Of a stretch of 64,000 nucleotides of DNA, positions 1-6,362 are shown piece by piece. The position numbers and the translations under genes are program-made. Position 1 is the first letter of the stretch, and each line of letters opens with the position of its first letter. The notes beneath the pieces were generated by a model. The model was not told the origin of the DNA. It saw nothing but the letters and a program-made list of their open reading frames with translations, and did not search any database. The stretch is taken from the sequence record NC_061418.1; one strand, given 5' to 3'.

Positions 1-137
1 AAGTTTACACCATAAATGGCGTTATAGGTTAAACCTTGTTGACCGGTGGTAATAACAATTTTGCCATCGGCCGCGGATACGCCAGCACTCATGCAAAGTA
101 ACGCTACCGAAATCACGGCAAAAGCAAGTTTCTTCAT
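1..137 (-). CDS. Secreted protein, TAXI/TRAP solute-binding-like (partial, runs off the window start)
   Basis: Hand translation from ATG at 137 gives MKKLAFAVISVALLCMSAGVSAADGKIVITTGQQGLTYNAIYGVN. This is a Sec signal peptide followed by an I-T-T-G-x-x-G-x-T-Y segment like the N-terminus of TAXI-type binding proteins. RBS AAGGGA upstream. Not in the ORF track. Confidence 0.55.
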   Translation of the reverse strand, partial: MKKLAFAVISVALLCMSAGVSAADGKIVITTGQQGLTYNAIYGVN

Positions 138-321
138 TTGCATTCCCTTTAAGGAAAGTATGGGTGTCAAGCGGCATAACCGCCACAGTGAATTTGAGAG
201 GCTGACAAGTTGGCCCAACATGTGCATTAATCATGTCACGGAATAAAGAGGCGCCTTTGTTTCGTGCTACCTGTAAGGGTTTAAGATTAAGTTAGTTGCA
301 AGTCAGCCCCTCAAAAGGGGC

Positions 322-427
322 GATGACATCTACAAACTTTCAGCTTTCCTATCTTTGGATTCCGGGCCACAGTAGGAGTAAGTTGAATTATGCCGATTTA
401 AGGTCAGCCTTATCTGTAGATGTCATC
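322..427. ncRNA. Candidate structured small RNA
   Basis: Perfect 13-bp closing inverted repeat GATGACATCTACA/TGTAGATGTCATC enclosing nested stems AACTT/AAGTT, TCCTA/TAGGA and TAAGG/CCTTA; intergenic. Confidence 0.35.
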
Positions 428-672
428 TATTGTAAAAAGACAGGCGCCTGAATTAGCTAGGCGCCTGCGTCGGTGAAGAAGTGTCGTCGTCTCTCCATTC
501 ATGGAAAGAACCTTGAAAAAGGAATCACCTGTTTATCTTACCAGCCAGCCCGCATTGAGATAAAAGAGTTGTTGTGATTCCCTTGGCGTTCATTCGCAAC
601 GACAGGGGTTTACTACCGTGAAAAGGAACCTGAAGGTTGGGTTCATAAATGACTGACCAGAGTATTTTTTGA

Positions 673-828
673 TCAATTCGAGTCTTCAGGTAAAGGAGTT
701 TGCTGGAAATCATCCGACCCGCAGTTCTTACAAAGTAGTGGTTTATCTTGCAGTTTAAATTCCTTTAACTGCTTATCTGTTGGGGAGGTCAAGCAATTTT
801 TGCATTCGTATTCGTGATGCTTTTTCAT
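673..828 (-). CDS. Small zinc-ribbon protein
   Basis: CKNC-x23-CKNC in MKKHHEYECKNC...CKNCGS; RBS AAGGAGG before ATG at 828. Confidence 0.6.
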   Translation of the reverse strand: MKKHHEYECKNCLTSPTDKQLKEFKLQDKPLLCKNCGSDDFQQTPLPEDSN

Positions 829-851
829 AACCTGTCCCTCCTTGAAGGGAA

Positions 852-1739
852 TTAAATAAAGTTCCACTCTGCCCATTCTGGTCGTTTAGAATAGCAACGG
901 GCGTAAACTTCTCTCGGTTGAATAGATTCTCCCTGAGAGCATTTGAAAGCGTTTTGGTACTCTTTCTTACCTACTTTCACTCTTCGCTTGTAATCCGGGT
1001 TATTCGGATTTTTACTTTTTGGCTTCTGACGAGACTCGGCGAATTTATCACGCCAAACCGGTTTGGTTTTTCTTTCCTGTCCGTAGTCGTCGCTCTGATC
1101 TTCAGTAACCGTAGGGTAACCTTGACGAGTGTCTTTCCACCACATAGAGAAACCTTTTGAAACTGCCCAGCATTTCTCATGGTCGTTCACTAACAAGAAT
1201 CGTGACGCCAGTAAATTGATAGGGGTAGCATCAAAAGCGTTCTGAAGGACTTTGCTACTATGGATACCCAGGCGAAGAAATTCTTCTGTTTGTACTACTG
1301 CGTGCCTTGGCATTCGACTGACTTCACTATAGTACACCGCGGAGTCTTTCGGATGGTAAACTACAACGCCCTCTATCGTCTTATCATTAACGTCGGGAAT
1401 CTTCAATCCGTTAATGATAGTCCAATCCGGGAAATGTTTAGGGTCACGATTTGCAAAGTGTAACCAAACCGTGTCATCTTTCCATTCTGCTTTTTGTAAC
1501 CCGTAACCCATCCGAACCTTAAAGAATTCCTCTTCGTGCTCTTTGAGAAAGCGTTCGTAGAGATCTTTGAAGATAGGGATCAATTCTACCGGTTTACGTG
1601 AAACAAATTGTTGCACCGACCATTCCAATAGGCAATGGGAGAGAATCATCCAATCGCTATTCTCATTAGCCAGTGTAGTCATTGATTTACGGAGCCTATG
1701 GCTCAACGTCAAAATAATGACAACGGTTGAGTTATCCAT
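852..1739 (-). CDS. Hypothetical protein with C-terminal NUMOD1/HTH-like DNA-binding segment
   Basis: C-terminus KRRVKVGKKEYQNAFKCSQGESIQPREVYARCYSKRPEWAEWNFI resembles the DNA-binding tails of phage homing endonucleases; RBS GAGGA. Confidence 0.5.
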   Translation of the reverse strand: MDNSTVVIILTLSHRLRKSMTTLANENSDWMILSHCLLEWSVQQFVSRKPVELIPIFKDLYERFLKEHEEEFFKVRMGYGLQKAEWKDDTVWLHFANRDPKHFPDWTIINGLKIPDVNDKTIEGVVVYHPKDSAVYYSEVSRMPRHAVVQTEEFLRLGIHSSKVLQNAFDATPINLLASRFLLVNDHEKCWAVSKGFSMWWKDTRQGYPTVTEDQSDDYGQERKTKPVWRDKFAESRQKPKSKNPNNPDYKRRVKVGKKEYQNAFKCSQGESIQPREVYARCYSKRPEWAEWNFI

Positions 1740-1798
1740 AAATTCCTCAATTAAAAAGTGTCTTCTACATTAAAACGGTTTACCGTAAAAAAGCATAG

Positions 1799-1826
1799 GA
1801 GAGAGGAGGGAATTCCCTCCTCTCTC
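1799..1826 (-). terminator. Rho-independent terminator
   Basis: 12-bp stem GAGAGAGGAGGG-AATT-CCCTCCTCTCTC with a T-tract shortly downstream on the minus strand. Confidence 0.8.
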
Positions 1827-1992
1827 GATTAATTCATTTATCAAAAAGTGATCTCTTTGAAAAAGAAACTTTTGTGGTAAGAAGGGCGGAGGTAAGGATA
1901 TAACCATCCCCAACACCGCCCATAGCCATTCAGCTATAAACAGAATTTAGCGCGACCTATCTAAGAATAAGATTGGAAGTTTTATTTTATAA

Positions 1993-2087
1993 TCTAGTGC
2001 TCTACCGGCTGAGCTATCTGCCTCCAAGAAACACTCTGTGAATGTGTCCAGGTAGGCAGAGCGGAATTCGAATCCGCGACCTCTAGA
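1993..2087 (-). ncRNA. Circularly permuted tRNA-like module B (YrlA-like)
   Basis: Minus-strand order: TCTAG, AGGTC, T arm GCGGA-TTCGAAT-TCCGC, acceptor 3' strand TCTGCCT-A-CC, hairpin linker, acceptor 5' strand AGGCAGA, TA, D arm GCTC-AGCCGGTA-GAGC, A, CTAGA. All four stems pair. Confidence 0.85.
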
Positions 2088-2190
2088 ATTCTTTCCGTAA
2101 AAGAAAGAAAGTTCAGTCCGCTATTTTACTGTTTACTCTTTATCTTTAAGCGTGTGAGGCGATAAGATAAAGTTAACACTAACCATCTGG

Positions 2191-2305
2191 GTCGCATTAT
2201 GGGTGCATTGATGACTGCGTCTACCAATTCCGCCATTCTCCCATAGTTTGGTGGGAGAAGAAAGAGTCGAACTTCCAGTGGGGTCATCACACCTGCAACA
2301 CGGAC
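2191..2305 (-). ncRNA. Circularly permuted tRNA-like module A (YrlA-like, Leu-type D loop)
   Basis: Minus-strand order: TGATGAC, CCCACT, T arm GGAAG-TTCGACT-CTTTC, TTCTCCC-A-CCA, AACTAT linker, GGGAGAA, TG-GCGGAATTGGTAGACGC, A, GTCATCA. Outer bulged helix GTC(C)GTGT/ATGCGAC. Confidence 0.85.
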
Positions 2306-2378
2306 TAACAATAAAGATAAGGTTGGCCTCAATCTTTATTATCAATGGGCACTCGTGAGAATACCCATTACTAACACA

Positions 2379-3146
2379 TTAAGCAGTGAAGTTTTTCAGA
2401 ATCACGTTGGTCAGTACTTCGCCGATAGAACCCTGAACAACTTCGGTGCAGTTTGCACGCATACGTGCATTAGTGACTTCAACGATCAGTTCGTCGATAT
2501 CACGCAGTGCGTTGGCTTTCTGCATCGGGGTGCAGGCGCCGGAATAACTTTTACGGGTGAAGCTACCAATTACGACGGTGCTTTCCGATTCTTTCACCTG
2601 TGCAGGGTGGTGGTCGGTAGCCGGCGCCAGGATAACCGGAGTGAGTACTTTCTCGGTTTTCGTCGTGACTTCGTCCGTCACGGTACGGAATCCGTAGGTG
2701 CTGTTGCTATCGCGTTCCCATTGTTTGGACGAATCCAGAGTAGGGGCAGCGGCGATCAGTTTGCGCAGTTCCGCCAGGCGTTTTTCCAGGCCCAGGAGTT
2801 CATCTACCGGCACTCCAGAAACGAGGACTTCGCCTTTGAACATGATGTCTGCTTTTGCGACCTGGTTAGTCAGGGCTTTTTGCAGGCGAAGGTCTTCTGC
2901 CGTGGCGAAATATTCGAAGAGGTACTGCAGCGTTTCGGCAACAGTGGTGATCACTGCCTTGCTGGTACTTTCGCTTTTTTCGATCGCGGCGTTGGCGTCG
3001 TTGTCTTCGTGCAGTTTCAGGGTTTTATCAAACCCGCTGAAATATTCAGCCGATTTATTGAATTTTTTACTGGCGTCTTCGATCAGGACTTGCACTTGTT
3101 TGGTGCGAGTGGGTTCTGCTGCCAATACTTCGTGTAACTTAGCCAT
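2379..3146 (-). CDS. Conserved hypothetical coiled-coil-rich protein (family recalled as DUF7873, unverified)
   Basis: 255 aa, strong codon bias, RBS AAGGA. The segments AKADIMFKG..VPV..LL.LEK.L and K.EK...P..L.PAT..HPAQV match a widespread phage/bacterial family I recognise from memory. Confidence 0.6.
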   Translation of the reverse strand: MAKLHEVLAAEPTRTKQVQVLIEDASKKFNKSAEYFSGFDKTLKLHEDNDANAAIEKSESTSKAVITTVAETLQYLFEYFATAEDLRLQKALTNQVAKADIMFKGEVLVSGVPVDELLGLEKRLAELRKLIAAAPTLDSSKQWERDSNSTYGFRTVTDEVTTKTEKVLTPVILAPATDHHPAQVKESESTVVIGSFTRKSYSGACTPMQKANALRDIDELIVEVTNARMRANCTEVVQGSIGEVLTNVILKNFTA

Positions 3147-3247
3147 TTGATTTCCTTACGATAAGAGTGAAAATAAAGTTTGTTCATAAACTAGTTAACG
3201 ACGTAAAATAAAAAAAAAGAAAGGGCGTACCCTTTCTTTTTGGCAGA

Positions 3248-3826
3248 TTAATCTACCATAGCCAACCGTAAAACCACCCCGCTGTAATGACCGCCTAAAT
3301 CCATACGACTGGCCAAAATCCACTGGAAGCCAAACGCTCTCGCAATGTAGCGAAACCCTGCGACATTAACGGCCGGTTCGTACCGATCACCGTCAACATC
3401 ATCCGGCAGATTACGTTGGTGAACTTGTGCCATTAAAGAATCGAAATCTGGGAGTAGCTTATAAGCGTACTCGACTAAAATATCTTTCATCCAGACGACG
3501 TACACCTCGCAGTCAAAACTTTCCATTACCGGAGTAATAGATAACCGCGTAATATTGCGCGCTTTATCTTCCAGCGTATATGCTTTGATTTGACGCACTC
3601 CGGCGGCATAAAGTTCGTCGAGTGTTTCGTTGAGTTCGTAATTAAAAGGGAGATCAAACCCAAGGATATTTTTAGCGTCATTCTCTACGTCCAGGTCAAC
3701 GATGCTCGTTCCAGGGGGCGAGATATGGGTAACCGTGATAAGAATGTGTTTGGCAGTGGAAGCAGAAACTTTTCCGGCCAAGTTAAACGCAGCAACAAAT
3801 TTTCCTAACGAGATTAATTCTGACAT
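3248..3826 (-). CDS. Hypothetical protein
   Basis: 192-aa ORF with RBS AGGAG, bounded by terminator hairpins. Confidence 0.7.
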   Translation of the reverse strand: MSELISLGKFVAAFNLAGKVSASTAKHILITVTHISPPGTSIVDLDVENDAKNILGFDLPFNYELNETLDELYAAGVRQIKAYTLEDKARNITRLSITPVMESFDCEVYVVWMKDILVEYAYKLLPDFDSLMAQVHQRNLPDDVDGDRYEPAVNVAGFRYIARAFGFQWILASRMDLGGHYSGVVLRLAMVD

Positions 3827-3883
3827 GTTATTCTCCTAAAACAAAATAAGGGCAGGTAGGGGTCGAAACCCCTACCCAGTAAA

Positions 3884-4336
3884 TTATTCGGCCATCAGTA
3901 CGTTTTTGCAGGAGAACAAATATTCCTGCTGATCAAAATGATCCCAGTCAACTTCGACATAGATTTTGATCGCATTGGTACGGGCTCCAACTTTGCCCTT
4001 CATGGCGATGTGAACACGCACTGTACCTAAGCCGCATTTACAAACACGGTCAATTGTTTTTGCGACATCCAGCGCGCGAGCACCTTGACCAAAAAGAGAA
4101 ACAAACTCTTTTGCATCAAAACGATCACCATGGGAATGAATGCGATTAGACAAAAGGATACGAGCATTGGCCGCGAAAGCTAACTGTTCGGCTTCTTCCA
4201 GGGTCTCAACGAATTTCACTTCGGGGAGATAACCTGTACTTTCGGCTAAGCCTTTGGTTTTCAGAATGACACGTTGAATCTTGATCTTTTGTTCTTCGGT
4301 AATCATGTACGTACGAATCCTAATTGAGAGTTGCAC
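3884..4336 (-). CDS. Hypothetical protein
   Basis: 150-aa ORF in the minus-strand operon. Confidence 0.6.
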   Translation of the reverse strand: MQLSIRIRTYMITEEQKIKIQRVILKTKGLAESTGYLPEVKFVETLEEAEQLAFAANARILLSNRIHSHGDRFDAKEFVSLFGQGARALDVAKTIDRVCKCGLGTVRVHIAMKGKVGARTNAIKIYVEVDWDHFDQQEYLFSCKNVLMAE

Positions 4337-4364
4337 AAAGAATAATCACAACGTTAAACTTTGA

Positions 4365-4652
4365 TTAACGAAGCGCAGCATTAAAACGCTGTTTAAATAA
4401 CTTCTGGAAACCCGTTTTCACCATCGGATTAAAGCCGGTTTCGGTACGGTGACGGAATTCAATTGTCGATCCGTTAACGATCAACAGGAGTTTTTGATAG
4501 GGTTCCAGGCCGTCTTCTACCGAGAACGACATCGCATCGACGTTAATAAGATCAATCGCGTGGAACGCGTTATCGGTTTCAATCGTAACGACGTTTCCTT
4601 TTTCGCTGGCCTGGGAATCTACTTTGAAGAGATGTTTGGTATAAACAATCAT
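4365..4652 (-). CDS. Hypothetical protein
   Basis: 95-aa ORF, RBS GGAGG. Confidence 0.65.
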   Translation of the reverse strand: MIVYTKHLFKVDSQASEKGNVVTIETDNAFHAIDLINVDAMSFSVEDGLEPYQKLLLIVNGSTIEFRHRTETGFNPMVKTGFQKLFKQRFNAALR

Positions 4653-4664
4653 TTTACCTCCGGA

Positions 4665-5834
4665 TTAAATAAAACTTGTTTTGATCATACTTTCAGTTTC
4701 GATGAAGGTCTCCCAGTTTAATGCTTCCGCCAACGTGATTTTCTCACGACCAGCGAAATCTACCGGTTCGAGATCAACTGCGCTCCGGGCCTTCGCTGCT
4801 TCGGTTTCGTTTAACGTTCTGAATGACAGGGCTTTAAACAAACGGCCGGGGCGAATAATTGCATTATCGACTGACTTGAGGTTAAGTAAGTTAGTTGAGA
4901 TAATGAATTTGACGTTACCGGAAGTGATCCCCTCTGCGGCGTTTAATAAACCGGACATTAAGCTATTACCGTTTTCGCGACGCTCCAGCATAACTAGCTG
5001 GTCTTCGGTGACGAGCCAAGTACCGTCATCCAAATCATGGATATACGGAACAATAGATGGCGAATTGAGTACGTCTGCAGTATCCGCTACAACGACGTTA
5101 TCATTTTTTTGTTCATTTTTCCACCGTATCATTTCACGAATGAACTGACTCTTACCTAACCCTGGTGCACCATAAAGGACTAAAACATTATTGTTTGATT
5201 TATCAAATGCTTCCGCCAATTCCGCAGGGGATAATGAGAAATAAGGCCAGAATCCCTTAAAGTCTTTTATCTCTTTTTTATCTTGCAGTCGTTTGTTCCG
5301 CGCAACGACATTACCGGCAGCATTCAGCGACAAACGAGAAACCGTTTCCGGTAAGCGGGCCGTGAAGAACGTACTGATGATTTCCCCGAACCCTTGACAG
5401 AGATCGTCAGGCCCGTAACAGAATACAAAGTTTTCTGAGACACCGGACCCAAAATAGAGCATCCCTACAATCTCTCCTCGTAGGTTAGCGAGAAGGAATG
5501 CCCCAGGAATAATTTCGGTGTAAACAAAAGTGTCGAATTTCGAGAGGTAATTACGTAACTGATTGGAAAGCAGTTCCTCAACACTTTTCCCTAAGTCGCG
5601 TGCATTCCCTGTTAACCAAAACCCTTTCCTTGAGAAACCCATAGGGCGATTATTGACCCCCAAGAAAATTTTGATCGCTTTTTTAACATGGTCGCCGTTA
5701 CTTCGACCTTCAACATTTATCCGGCAGTAAATATCGAAAAATTCCATCATTTCTTCTTTGAGCTTACCTGAATCGGCGCGTGCATTTGACGTAAAATCTT
5801 TAGTCAAAACATTGTTTTTACTTTCATTAGCCAT
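4665..5834 (-). CDS. AAA+ ATPase with N-terminal extension
   Basis: Walker A GAPGLGKS, Walker B-like LVTED, sensor-1 IISTN, second region of homology DNAIIRPGR. Confidence 0.85.
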   Translation of the reverse strand: MANESKNNVLTKDFTSNARADSGKLKEEMMEFFDIYCRINVEGRSNGDHVKKAIKIFLGVNNRPMGFSRKGFWLTGNARDLGKSVEELLSNQLRNYLSKFDTFVYTEIIPGAFLLANLRGEIVGMLYFGSGVSENFVFCYGPDDLCQGFGEIISTFFTARLPETVSRLSLNAAGNVVARNKRLQDKKEIKDFKGFWPYFSLSPAELAEAFDKSNNNVLVLYGAPGLGKSQFIREMIRWKNEQKNDNVVVADTADVLNSPSIVPYIHDLDDGTWLVTEDQLVMLERRENGNSLMSGLLNAAEGITSGNVKFIISTNLLNLKSVDNAIIRPGRLFKALSFRTLNETEAAKARSAVDLEPVDFAGREKITLAEALNWETFIETESMIKTSFI

Positions 5835-5938
5835 TTAGATTTCCTTATTAAACAAAGTTAGTTATTGACAAGTACAACCACCAGAGAAAATACTCCCGTA
5901 GCACTTTTCGCAGATGACATCTTCAATGGTCAGTATAA

Positions 5939-6283
5939 TCATTTCTTTTTCCTACTTGGGGATTTCATCCCGGTTTCCAAAATACTGAGTTGTACTTCCA
6001 TCTCAGCGAGCGCTTTGTCAACCGACGCTAATTCCTTCACAAGCGTTTTATCCGACCCTGCACTCACTGCGGCAGTGTGGCGGTCAAATTCGATCACTTT
6101 CTCAACGTCCCCTACGGGACATTCTAAAACATGGGCTATTTCTTCATCAGAAAGCCCACGTGCCCTTAAGACTGTAGGAGAGAGCTCTGCACTGAATTCA
6201 GGAAATAACCGCTCACGTTCGATCTGGCGACCTAAACGATACGTTTGGCGATCGAGGCTATTAAACTTCGTTTTGCGTGCCAT
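5939..6283 (-). CDS. Small protein with sigma70 region-4-like HTH
   Basis: RGLSDEEIAHVLECPVGDVEKVI; RBS AAGGAG before ATG at 6283; promoter motif at 6315-6322. Confidence 0.6.
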   Translation of the reverse strand: MARKTKFNSLDRQTYRLGRQIERERLFPEFSAELSPTVLRARGLSDEEIAHVLECPVGDVEKVIEFDRHTAAVSAGSDKTLVKELASVDKALAEMEVQLSILETGMKSPSRKKK

Positions 6284-6314
6284 GTCATTTGGACTCCTTA
6301 GGGTATCTACGTAA

Positions 6315-6322
6315 GTGATATA
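6315..6322 (-). promoter_or_regulatory. Putative early (virion-RNAP) promoter motif TATATCAC
   Basis: Recurs upstream of eight minus-strand genes; resembles the phiKZ early consensus TATATTAC. Confidence 0.5.
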
Positions 6323-6362
6323 TACGTAAATAGACATGGGGCGGGAATTACCGCCCATACGG

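Noticed and set aside
1830-2130. Permuted group I intron around module B
   Set aside because: I could not find the conserved P7/J8-7 catalytic core, and the possible splice junctions do not rebuild a convincing anticodon loop.
1990-2290. Two ordinary tRNA genes
   Set aside because: The halves are in reversed order (T arm before D arm) and no 7-nt anticodon loop exists, so no amino acid can be assigned from an anticodon.
1830-2345. Two-piece (permuted) tmRNA
   Set aside because: Neither acceptor stem has the G3:U70 alanine determinant, both have full D stems, and I see no tag reading frame.
2355-3137. 260-aa plus-strand ORF
   Set aside because: Antisense shadow of the codon-biased 255-aa minus-strand gene; no RBS or recognisable motifs.
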